This document shows, piece after piece, positions 8,502 through 16,552 of a stretch of DNA of 64,000 bases. Within the stretch, counting starts at the first letter, position 1. Each line of letters begins with the position of its first letter. The stretch lies in the IMG/VR virus record IMGVR_UViG_3300025671_000040. One strand, written 5' to 3'. The notes under the pieces were generated by a model. The model was not told where the DNA came from. It made no database searches and saw only the letters and a list, made by a program, of their open reading frames with translations. This DNA is from an uncultured virus (IMG/VR IMGVR_UViG_3300025671_000040). Taxonomy: Duplodnaviria; Heunggongvirae; Uroviricota; Caudoviricetes. A program made the translations under genes and the position numbers.

Positions 8502-8774
8502 TCAGAGCACCCCCGTCCAGTCGTTGCTGGCACGCTCCGGCACCCGGCTCCACTCGAAAGCGATACGGATCGCATCACCCATCGTGGAAAGCTCAGCCAC
8601 CGTCACCGGCTCACCGTCCTCGTTGGTCTTGGCCGTGTCCACGATCGTGTACTCCAACCACTGCCAGTCCTCGGGGGTCCAGTGGACCACCGGCTGGAAC
8701 CGGTTGGCCTTGCTCACCGTCATGGCGATGGCGTGAAGGTGGGCGTGGTACATGGTGGTCTTCGTGTCTTCCAT
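8502..8774 (-). CDS. Hypothetical protein
   Basis: GGAGAGG RBS. Confidence 0.7.
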   Translation of the reverse strand: MEDTKTTMYHAHLHAIAMTVSKANRFQPVVHWTPEDWQWLEYTIVDTAKTNEDGEPVTVAELSTMGDAIRIAFEWSRVPERASNDWTGVL

Positions 8775-8789
8775 GTTCCTCTCCTGTGC

Positions 8790-8969
8790 TCAGCGGCCCC
8801 AGTTGGCCGGGTTGTTGTAGTTGATCCCGGGCGGGTCCATCGTGACGCACTCACCGGTACGGTGGTAGGCGACGACTTCCTGCCGGGTCGGGTTCAACAG
8901 CGGCAGCGGACGCTTGTACGGGTCGGCGTTCACCGACTCAAACGTGCCGCAGGTCTTGCAGATGCTCAT
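8790..8969 (-). CDS. Small CxxC protein
   Basis: CKTC...H...C; promoter TTGGTG-N17-TACCTT. Confidence 0.65.
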   Translation of the reverse strand: MSICKTCGTFESVNADPYKRPLPLLNPTRQEVVAYHRTGECVTMDPPGINYNNPANWGR

Positions 8970-9058
8970 GGTTTCTTCTCCCTTGTTCGGGCTGGCTGCC
9001 CTGTGTAAACCAAGGTAGCGGGCTGGCATCGAAACACCAACCCGCTACCTAAAGTTTC

Positions 9059-9391
9059 TTAGCCCCAGCTACGGTGGACCTCTCGGACCGTTTCCCGCCC
9101 GTCGTGCTCCGAGATGTAAACCTCGGCGTCGTCGGGCACATCCACGACCCTGAGTCGGGAGTAGCTGCCGCTGGCCTCGTCGCACAGCAGTTCGACCACT
9201 TCGACCAGAGCGGGCAAGCTGCGGTACTCCAGCTCGTGGGACTCCATGCCCTGACTCCAGGGGTTAGTGTTCCAGTAGCCGAAGCCGTACTCGGTGTCGT
9301 CCGCTTCGACGTAGACCGAGCCGAGGCGGCGGTGCGCCGCATCGCTAAGGCTGAAGCCTCCCCAGCACGTGTTGATGACCATCTTGGGCAT
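9059..9391 (-). CDS. Conserved phage protein (VINxCWGGFSLS ... EHDGxE)
   Basis: Recognisable motif of a widespread phage hypothetical family; AAGGAGG RBS. Confidence 0.85.
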   Translation of the reverse strand: MPKMVINTCWGGFSLSDAAHRRLGSVYVEADDTEYGFGYWNTNPWSQGMESHELEYRSLPALVEVVELLCDEASGSYSRLRVVDVPDDAEVYISEHDGRETVREVHRSWG

Positions 9392-9481
9392 GGTCGGTGC
9401 CTCCTTCCGAGGGACGTTCCCTCGCCATTCGATAGTACCGGCTGAAACACGGTTTCCAACCTCTCAGCCAAGATTTTTTGT

Positions 9482-9613
9482 GTTCCGTATTGTGGAACAG
9501 TTCCGCATAGTGGAACGAACAAATGTTCGCCTCGGCGGGTGCCCGCCAGCGGGGGCGGGTCAGCGTCTCCCGCTCCTACTCTGTGTGTCTAACAGAGCCT
9601 ATGGTGTCCCTAC
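9482..9613. repeat. Operator cassette copy 7
   Basis: Palindromes 9482-9498 and 9500-9516; CGAACAAATGTTCG at 9516-9529; ATGGTGTCCC at 9601. Confidence 0.9.
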
Positions 9614-9695
9614 GGGCAAACCCCGTAGCCTACTGGCTCACTCCCGAACCCCCCGGACCCCGCATACGCAGGGCCGGGGGATAGGGGGAGGTAAG

Positions 9696-9807
9696 TGCCC
9701 CAGCAGAGAGTCGAACTCTGCCCTCTACTAGCGACATCCAGTCTCACGGGGACAACCGCCGAACCGGTGCCTGTCCACGCTAGTAGGTTCCCAGCCTTTG
9801 GTGGAGC
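9696..9807 (-). ncRNA. tRNA-like RNA with the anticodon loop replaced by a ~45-nt insert
   Basis: T-arm CAGAG-TTCGACT-CTCTG; acceptor GCTCCA(C)/(C)TGGGGC-A; D-like AGG-CTGGGAA-CCT; stem ACTAGCG/CGCTAGT. Confidence 0.6.
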
Positions 9808-9896
9808 ATGGTGAGCAGTTTATCCTCATGCTCAGGAGGATACCGTACTGTTGTATTACCAGGGCCGCACGCCCGCCCTGCTCTCTACGGCTTTAT

Positions 9897-10157
9897 CTAT
9901 GCCGATGTTGAGAACTCGTCCCGGCTCATGGGCCGACCGTCGAATGCGATGGCGTAGGGCGTGGGATCATAGTTGTCTAGCATCTCTGCGATCTTCATCC
10001 CGAGGTCGATCATAAGCTCTTCCCCGTCGGGGATCATCTGAGCTACGAAGTCGGTCAGGGTGTTGATGCTGTCAGAGACTTCCTTGGGGATGGAAACAGA
10101 GCCGGAGCTACCGCCGCCATGCCAGAGGTCACGTTCGATTCGTTTAGCGTTTTTCAC
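9897..10157 (-). CDS. Hypothetical protein
   Basis: AGGAGG RBS; promoter TTGGTG-N17-TAACAT. Confidence 0.75.
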   Translation of the reverse strand: MKNAKRIERDLWHGGGSSGSVSIPKEVSDSINTLTDFVAQMIPDGEELMIDLGMKIAEMLDNYDPTPYAIAFDGRPMSRDEFSTSA

Positions 10158-10237
10158 AGTTCCTCCTGTGTGTTGCTTGCAGTAACCCCCATGTTAGCGG
10201 GCCGGTGAGGGAACACCAACCCGCTACCGGGGATTTA

Positions 10238-10462
10238 TCAGAAGACCGGATCGAAGTCCCGAGGATCGCTAATCTCTCCCCGACCTTCGTAACGGTAACA
10301 ACCACCGCCGTCACCGCCACAGCCGTAAGCGTCGCAGATAGGGCAGGTGGGCGGCTCCATCAGGTACGCCTCGTACTGTTCATCGTACTCGGCTTCCTGA
10401 TCGGCTTCCATATCCGCCAGATCCTTACGGATCTCGTTGAGATCGTCTTCGTGAATATCCAC
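10238..10462 (-). CDS. Acidic protein with CxxC...C...C motif
   Basis: AGGAGG RBS before GTG; promoter upstream. Confidence 0.7.
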   Translation of the reverse strand: MDIHEDDLNEIRKDLADMEADQEAEYDEQYEAYLMEPPTCPICDAYGCGGDGGGCYRYEGRGEISDPRDFDPVF

Positions 10463-10549
10463 GCTTCCTCCTAGCTGGCTACTGTGCTTCACCAGCAATA
10501 CCTAGGGTAGCGGGCTGGGGACCAAACCCCAACCCGCCACCTAAGATTT

Positions 10550-10852
10550 TTAGAGTTCGTCCTCATCCTCGAACAGATGCGAGGTCAACACAACGAACAG
10601 TTGCATCAGATCCTTAGCGTCATCCTGATCGACAGCCATACCGTTGACCATGCTGAAGTACGCCATCTTCTCACGTCCCTCGAACATATCGAACGCTTCC
10701 ATCTCGTCCTCAACCTCACCAGACTCCAGAGCTTCCTCTCGGAGAGCCTGGATGCCTTGACCGATCATCCGGGCGCCCGTCAGCATCAACAGGCCCCGAT
10801 CGTTCAGATCAAGGTAGGTAGCGTCCTCTCGGACGATCGCACCCTCAGCCAT
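10550..10852 (-). CDS. Highly acidic hypothetical protein (possible DNA mimic)
   Basis: D/E-rich ORF coupled to the upstream gene. Confidence 0.65.
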   Translation of the reverse strand: MAEGAIVREDATYLDLNDRGLLMLTGARMIGQGIQALREEALESGEVEDEMEAFDMFEGREKMAYFSMVNGMAVDQDDAKDLMQLFVVLTSHLFEDEDEL

Positions 10853-11027
10853 GATCGGTCACCCGGCCTCGGCAAGCCTTACGGTCGGCCTGCTTCTTAC
10901 GGTCGGTGAACGTGGCAGCACGCTGGCGGCGACCGTCCCGAAGGGCGTCCACATACTCCTGACGGAGCAGGTCAGACATGATCTGCCCCTGCGTCCTCTG
11001 CTTCTTGTTCTTCTTAGTCTTAGCCAT
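10845..11027 (-). CDS. Small basic protein (DRKKQADRKACRG), probably leaderless
   Basis: TACAAT -10 lies 6 nt before the ATG. Confidence 0.65.
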   Translation of the reverse strand: MAKTKKNKKQRTQGQIMSDLLRQEYVDALRDGRRQRAATFTDRKKQADRKACRGRVTDHG

Positions 11028-11031
11028 AGTT

Positions 11032-11172
11032 TTATTGTACCTCGTTCTTACGGGGAGGGTTGGTACCTCCCGCTTCGCAGGGTTGCTGGGCGTGACGGCC
11101 ACCGGCCCTGCAATCGCAGAACCGGCAGCGCACATCACTCCCGTCGTAGCAGTAGTGGTGACCCATGTCCAT
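11032..11172 (-). CDS. Small Cys/His protein, probably leaderless
   Basis: TTGGGA...TACCCT promoter 7 nt before the ATG; CRFCDC motif. Confidence 0.5.
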   Translation of the reverse strand: MDMGHHYCYDGSDVRCRFCDCRAGGRHAQQPCEAGGTNPPRKNEVQ

Positions 11173-11225
11173 GACGACAAGGGTACAGGGGAGAGGCTGG
11201 TTTCCCAACCTCTCCCCTGAGATTC

Positions 11226-11627
11226 TCACCGCTTCGGCTGGGTCACCTTGAGGGCGACGACATCCTTCACGGTGATGGCCTCGGCCACCTCGTCGGCGGT
11301 CATGCGGCCAGCCGCAATCTCGCCGTCCACCAGCGCCATGTCGGCCACTCGGCGGCTGACCCGCTGGAACCTGCCCTTGGCGAGCAGACCCTTCAGGGTC
11401 ACCGTGTCGAGCGAACGACGCTGCTGCTTCACCAGCGCCACCTTGGTGCCGTCCTGCAGGAGGACGGACTCGGTGCCGGTGGCCTTGAACGCACGCTCGG
11501 CTGCTTCGACCGCTGCCTTGGCGTCAGCCAGAGCAGTACGAGCCTCCACGACCGTGATGGCGAGCCGTTCGGCCACCTTGTCGGCGTTGACGGTGATGTT
11601 GGTGGTTGGGATGTGGAGCTGTTCCAC
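11226..11627 (-). CDS. Hypothetical phage protein (coiled coil plus beta hairpin)
   Basis: AAGGAG RBS; promoter TTGGGA-N17-TACCCT. Confidence 0.75.
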   Translation of the reverse strand: MEQLHIPTTNITVNADKVAERLAITVVEARTALADAKAAVEAAERAFKATGTESVLLQDGTKVALVKQQRRSLDTVTLKGLLAKGRFQRVSRRVADMALVDGEIAAGRMTADEVAEAITVKDVVALKVTQPKR

Positions 11628-11707
11628 GTTGTGTCTCCTTCCGTTGACGACATAACCCAGGGTACAGGTGGGAGGTCAGTTTCCCAACCTCCCACCTAAA
11701 GTTTTTT

Positions 11708-12100
11708 CTAGACCGTGGCTACCCGGCGGATCTCCTCGGCCCATTCCAGGGCGTCGATCTCTTGTGCCCAGGGCTTCAGCATGCTGTACGGGTTCCACAT
11801 GGTGACGGTGGGCCTCTCGCCCCAGTCACCCCAGCGGATCGACGGCGAGTCATACTGCAGGTCGCCGGGGATGTTCTCGTCGCCTGCGATGATGCCGTAA
11901 CCGGTGGCGCCACCCTCACACCCGGTCAGGGTGTCGAAGATGATCCGGGCTGCGTAGAACTCGTCGTTCAGACGACCCTCCGCCGCAGCCTTGATGATTC
12001 CGTCAGCCAAGATTTCCTTGACTCGGTAGCCGCTCCAATGCGTGTAGTAGTGGACAACGTGTGACCGCTGTTCGATTCGGATAGTTGCTCGGTCCCCCAT
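11708..12100 (-). CDS. Conserved phage protein (MGDRA...YTHW.G)
   Basis: Motif typical of actinophage hypotheticals; AAGGAGG RBS. Confidence 0.8.
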   Translation of the reverse strand: MGDRATIRIEQRSHVVHYYTHWSGYRVKEILADGIIKAAAEGRLNDEFYAARIIFDTLTGCEGGATGYGIIAGDENIPGDLQYDSPSIRWGDWGERPTVTMWNPYSMLKPWAQEIDALEWAEEIRRVATV

Positions 12101-12323
12101 CGGGGTACCTCCTTGGTTGGTGAGCTTTCTAGAGTAGGGGGTGTCGCCCCCGAAACCAACCTCGTAGGTGAGATTTGTTTCGGGGGCTAGCCCCTCCCGG
12201 CTAGGCGATGCTGACCTGCTTGTGGTGCAGCATCGCCACCGGGGCCTCGGTGACCGGCTCCCCGTCGTCGGCCCGGACGGACGGCGGTGCGGGCCGGGGA
12301 GTCGGTCCCCCCGGCCCTAGCCG

Positions 12324-13220
12324 TCAGGCTGCGGCCAGCAGCATCTCCGAGGCTCGGAGCGTGAGGCCCTGGGCCTTCTCCGGGTCACTCACGACCCGGA
12401 CCTGCTTGATGGCCTGCTGCTTGCCCTTCGTGGCGGTGTGGTACTCGAAGGACTGCACCGCCTGGTAGAGCGAGTAGGCGTTCTCCCCGAAGGTGTCGGC
12501 CTCTTCGCCGTAGAAGTAGAGGATGCCGTCACGGCGACGCTCGGCGTGGTTCACAGCCTTGGGGCTGGCGTCCGGGTCGGTGATGAGCGGAGCAACCTCG
12601 TCCAGCACTCGGGCCTTGAGGCTCGGGGTCATTGCCAGACCCTTGAGCATCGTGGCGTTGCTGATGAACCGGTCGAATGCCTCGGCAGCCTGAGCCATGA
12701 TGCGGGCCTTGCTGAACAGCATCTCGTCGTGGTTCTTGGTCCGCTTCTGGGCAAGCTGGAGCGTGCCCTGGCTCTCCTGGTTGGTGCAGAAGGGACGGAA
12801 CGAGAACCCGATGGCACGGGTGCTGAACACGCTGTTCAGGCTGGCCGTGTACATGACGTTGCGGGTGAGCGTGTCGCCGTCACCGAAGGTGTACGGCTCC
12901 TCGATCTCCTGCGTCATGACCAGCACGGCACCGTGATCGTAGGTCTGGATGCCGGTGACGCTGTTCGGGAACATCGCCTCGGCGGTGTTGAGCAGCGACT
13001 CGTACGATCCAGCGTGGTAGCTGTTGCTGACGCCTGCGTTCAGGACGGCCTGGGAGCCATCGGCGTACTCTCGGTACACCGTGAACGTGCCCTCGTCCAC
13101 GCTCCCGTTGGGGAGAATGGTGCCGGTGACCTTCGGCTCAAACAGAGCCTCGCAGTCGAGCGCAGCGTCGATGGCGTTAGCGCCCTCGTACTGCTTGTTG
13201 TTGCTGAGCATGTAGCCCAT
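12324..13220 (-). CDS. DUF932/DUF945-family phage/plasmid protein
   Basis: RPFCTNQ...KRTKN resembles the family RxxCxN...RHT motif; NAYSLYQAVQSFEYH C-terminus; GAGGAGG RBS. Confidence 0.75.
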   Translation of the reverse strand: MGYMLSNNKQYEGANAIDAALDCEALFEPKVTGTILPNGSVDEGTFTVYREYADGSQAVLNAGVSNSYHAGSYESLLNTAEAMFPNSVTGIQTYDHGAVLVMTQEIEEPYTFGDGDTLTRNVMYTASLNSVFSTRAIGFSFRPFCTNQESQGTLQLAQKRTKNHDEMLFSKARIMAQAAEAFDRFISNATMLKGLAMTPSLKARVLDEVAPLITDPDASPKAVNHAERRRDGILYFYGEEADTFGENAYSLYQAVQSFEYHTATKGKQQAIKQVRVVSDPEKAQGLTLRASEMLLAAA

Positions 13221-13526
13221 AGTGGTGACCTCCTCGGGTCGGGTTGTTGACATTCACTACCGTATCGGCTCAGGCAAGGTTTCCCAACCTCGCCAGCCAA
13301 GTTTTTCCGAGAAAGTTTTTCCCGGCTGCTATCGGCAGCACTCAATACCGTACCTAGAGTTTCACCCTTTACCAACCTCGCCAGCCAAGTTTTTCCGACG
13401 GCCTGCCGGGAGGCCCCGACGGGGGTCCGGCCTACCGGCGAGAGCGTGCCCGCCCCCGAAGGGGTCGAGCCGCCCTGCCTGCCTCCGGTGGAGGAGAGGT
13501 GCTTTCTAACCTGACCTATGGTGTCC

Positions 13527-13826
13527 CTACCAGAAGATTCCTGTCTGGGGAGTTACCACCTGCCAGTCGTCAACGCAGTTCTGTGCGGCCCAGTCGCCAG
13601 CGTCTTCTGCCGTGATGAACGGACCGAACAGGGTGATGCCGTCGTGTGCGTTGCCGACAGAGACGATATGGATCGGTCCGTCCGTCGGGACAGCGTGCTT
13701 GTCCATAGCGTCTTGCAACTCCTCAAGATCGTCGGGATCGACTTTCTCTAGAGCATGGGCAGGAAGCCAAACGCACTCCCTGCTTGCCATGATGGTTCCC
13801 GTACCGGGATGAACAATGAAATCCAC
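13527..13826 (-). CDS. Hypothetical protein
   Basis: AAAGGAG RBS; part of an operon. Confidence 0.7.
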   Translation of the reverse strand: MDFIVHPGTGTIMASRECVWLPAHALEKVDPDDLEELQDAMDKHAVPTDGPIHIVSVGNAHDGITLFGPFITAEDAGDWAAQNCVDDWQVVTPQTGIFW

Positions 13827-13827
13827 G

Positions 13828-14181
13828 TTAGGCTCCTTTCGCCCAAACTTGTAGGTAGTTGAAGATCATCAGATCACGCATGGCGTCGGTGGGTTCATCG
13901 CCCCAGCTAAGACCACCAGAAAGAGCGTACAGGGTGTCGCCCTCTTGCCAGTAGCCCACATCTCGCCTGAAGTCATCGTAGGCCACCTCAATGGCTTCGC
14001 TGACACGCTCCGCAACGTCCTGAGCGGAGAAAGGATCTAAGGCATCTTCCCAGTCGAACATCTCATCGCTGTAGTCGATGAACGATTGCATCTGACCGTC
14101 GTCCATCTCTCCGAGATAGTTCTGCCAGTATTCTTTGGGTTGTGTGATGTCCGCTGTAGCGAACACAAATGTTGCTCCCAT
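13828..14181 (-). CDS. Acidic hypothetical protein (SGGLSWGDEPT)
   Basis: AAAGGAG RBS; part of an operon. Confidence 0.75.
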   Translation of the reverse strand: MGATFVFATADITQPKEYWQNYLGEMDDGQMQSFIDYSDEMFDWEDALDPFSAQDVAERVSEAIEVAYDDFRRDVGYWQEGDTLYALSGGLSWGDEPTDAMRDLMIFNYLQVWAKGA

Positions 14182-14182
14182 A

Positions 14183-14530
14183 TCAGTTCTCCTTTGTCTC
14201 AGGGTATTCCACTTCGTCCAAGATGATTGTGCCTAGAACTTCCCAACCCTCTTGACACATCCATTCTTCCATGTGCCTTTGCCAAGCACCGCCGTTCATA
14301 ACAGCAGCGACAGCCTCATCCATCCGTTCGTCGGTGTAAGGCTCCTTGTCGTCTGCCTCACGACGGTCTGCGATAGACTCTCGGATGTCGCCCTCGCTGA
14401 ACACGGTACCTGCCCATCCGAACTCTCGCTTCATAGCGTGGAGAATATGGAAGGCTTGTGCCTCATCCATGATGATGGTTTGGTTTCCCACTTCGATGGA
14501 CTTGTATTGGTTGTTGTCGTCGGTATTCAT
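14183..14530 (-). CDS. Acidic hypothetical protein
   Basis: AAGGAG RBS; part of an operon. Confidence 0.7.
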   Translation of the reverse strand: MNTDDNNQYKSIEVGNQTIIMDEAQAFHILHAMKREFGWAGTVFSEGDIRESIADRREADDKEPYTDERMDEAVAAVMNGGAWQRHMEEWMCQEGWEVLGTIILDEVEYPETKEN

Positions 14531-14534
14531 GTCA

Positions 14535-15167
14535 TCAGCTCTCCTTAGCCAAACTATCGACAGCCTCGTCCAAGGCGAACTCGGCAGCATACTTCAAGTC
14601 ACGATACTCCTGCGACTCCGAAAACACACACTGCCCGTTGAAGAAACTTGCAGCACCCTGGAAGCCCATTCCAGGCTCCTCGTAGTCCATCAGAATCTGA
14701 GCCGTGGGGAACTTCTCAGACAAAGTTTCAAAGAAGTAATCGCTCATCGGTCCCCAAGCCGTCGTGTACGATGCTTCGACAACCGAGGCATAGGCTTCAA
14801 TCTGAAGATCGTAGTCGCCCCACTTGGTACCCCAACAGCCGGTGGCCCAATCGTACCAGTTGTGGAAGGTCGTCTCAGCGAAAGCCTGCTTAGACTTTTC
14901 GACCAGCAGGTAGTGCTCAGCCTTCTCTTCCTCGTAGTGCTCGGGAGTCCAATACTCGTTGGCCGGGTCGTCCACGAACGCTTGGAAGCGTCCGTTGGGA
15001 TCGAACTCGCCCTCCGGCGTTGGAGAGCGTGTACCCTCCAACACCTCAGGCATCGGCATGAACGTACGGGCCAGACCGTCTCCGTTCTCAACGGTTACCA
15101 CGAAAGCCTCAGCTTCCTCTGGCGTCGGGAACCGCATCCACAAAATGTTACCGCAAAGATTAGGCAT
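14535..15167 (-). CDS. DUF1281/YubB ferredoxin-like domain protein
   Basis: MPNxCxN start, WYDW...WGTKW, TAWGP and YEEPGMGFQG motifs. Confidence 0.8.
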   Translation of the reverse strand: MPNLCGNILWMRFPTPEEAEAFVVTVENGDGLARTFMPMPEVLEGTRSPTPEGEFDPNGRFQAFVDDPANEYWTPEHYEEEKAEHYLLVEKSKQAFAETTFHNWYDWATGCWGTKWGDYDLQIEAYASVVEASYTTAWGPMSDYFFETLSEKFPTAQILMDYEEPGMGFQGAASFFNGQCVFSESQEYRDLKYAAEFALDEAVDSLAKES

Positions 15168-15363
15168 CTTCTTCCTCGTATCCTTCGTCGCCTTCTTCGA
15201 GTTCTTCCTCGTCAATGACCTCGGCCTCGGGCTGGAAATGCTCCAAAGCCATGTCCCACAACTCGTGCATGTCAGGCTCTTCGTATGCGATGACCTCTTT
15301 GGTGCCGTAGTCGCCACAGAAGTCGATACTGAACTTGACGGTGTATTTCTTCTTCGTAGCCAC
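15160..15363 (-). CDS. Small acidic protein
   Basis: GAGG RBS; E-rich tail; first gene of the operon. Confidence 0.65.
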   Translation of the reverse strand: MATKKKYTVKFSIDFCGDYGTKEVIAYEEPDMHELWDMALEHFQPEAEVIDEEELEEGDEGYEEEDA

Positions 15364-15440
15364 GGTTTGTCCTCTCTAGGTGGTTGTCGATGGCAGTACC
15401 CACCTTACCGTGCACCACACCCTTTCACACCCCCAACTTA

Positions 15441-15456
15441 TGTGACATATGTCACA
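15441..15456. promoter_or_regulatory. CRP/GlxR-type site between divergent promoters
   Basis: Perfect palindrome TGTGA-CATATG-TCACA. Confidence 0.65.
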
Positions 15457-15664
15457 CACTTGCAGGTTGTCGAACCGGCCCCCAACCCCTACCATCGAAC
15501 TCAGCGCTGAAGCCACCCCCCGCAGCAGACACATGTCTACCACTGCCAATGGTGTCCCCAGCCAACCAGCCACAAGAAAAACTTTCACAACGAGGTTGGT
15601 AAACCACCCAGCCCCCGCTACCTTAGAGGGGGAACCAACAAGTGCCAGAGGAGGCGCAACCACA

Positions 15665-16393
15665 ATGCACGACAACAATGACAACTGCTGGACGCTCTTT
15701 GAAGAGGTCATCCACGCAGGCGTAGATCGAGTCATCCTGTACGGACCCCCCGGGACCGGCAAGACGTTCACCGCTCTACACTGCAACAAGATGCACGCCC
15801 AAGAGTCGCACCGCATCACCTGCACCGACGACATGACCAACATGGACGTTACCGGCGGCTTCCTGCCGTCCGCAGACGGAGGCTTCGAATGGATCGAAGG
15901 TGCCGCCGTCAAGGCCATGACCAGTGGTGGCCGACTCGTCGTAGACGAGATCGACAAGGCCGGTGGCGATGTGTTCGCTACCCTGCTCAACATCACCGAC
16001 TCCGACGGCTCGTCCATCTGGGAACATCCCGTGACCGGTGAGAAGCACACCGCAGCCCACGGCTACCAAGTCATCATGACGACCAACGTCGAGCAGATCG
16101 AAGAACTGCCTCAGGCACTCATCGACCGCTTCCCGGTCCGCATCCGCATCGACCGTCCGCACCCGCTGGCTCTCGAAACCCTGCCGATGGCATGGCGAGA
16201 CTACGCCGACCGGATGGCCGACGCCGGATCGGAGCGCATGTCGCTTCGACTGTTCCAGTCGCTCAACAAGCTGTCCCAGCGCCTCGGCACTGAAAAGGCA
16301 GCCAAGGTTATCCTCGGTGACCGTGCCGACGCCTTCTTGCAGGCAGTCGCCATCGACACCATGCGGCCCATCGACAGCACACCAACCATCTAG
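15665..16393 (+). CDS. MoxR/CbbQ/CobS-like AAA+ ATPase
   Basis: Walker A GPPGTGKT, Walker B LVVDEID, ALIDRF arginine finger. Confidence 0.9.
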   Translation: MHDNNDNCWTLFEEVIHAGVDRVILYGPPGTGKTFTALHCNKMHAQESHRITCTDDMTNMDVTGGFLPSADGGFEWIEGAAVKAMTSGGRLVVDEIDKAGGDVFATLLNITDSDGSSIWEHPVTGEKHTAAHGYQVIMTTNVEQIEELPQALIDRFPVRIRIDRPHPLALETLPMAWRDYADRMADAGSERMSLRLFQSLNKLSQRLGTEKAAKVILGDRADAFLQAVAIDTMRPIDSTPTI

Positions 16394-16552
16394 ATCGTGC
16401 CTCCAAAGGTCAGTTAGGGTTCTGACCGGCACATCAATGGAAAGGTGTTGTGGTTGGCGCCTTTCCAAAAAAGTAGCGGCCCGGAGGTTGGAATACCACT
16501 CCGGGCCGCTACACTCTTTATTACACCACCTAGCCATCAGAGAGGACATACC

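Noticed and set aside
662..9613. CRISPR or TIGR-type guide array
   Set aside because: Units are separated by whole genes, there is no constant repeat-spacer period, and no cas or Nop-domain gene is visible in the window
9696..9807. tmRNA or a standard tRNA
   Set aside because: About 112 nt, with no tag ORF, no Ala acceptor identity and no 7-nt anticodon loop
818..13530. Integron attC sites (TCTAAC/GTTAGA resembles the core site)
   Set aside because: No matching inverse core or long imperfect hairpin, AAC is not conserved (ATC and ACC variants), and no integrase was seen
12..15218. Long + strand ORFs in the left arm (e.g. 2953..4050, 7705..8454, 12438..13250)
   Set aside because: Antisense shadows of GC-rich minus-strand genes, which carry the RBSs and promoters
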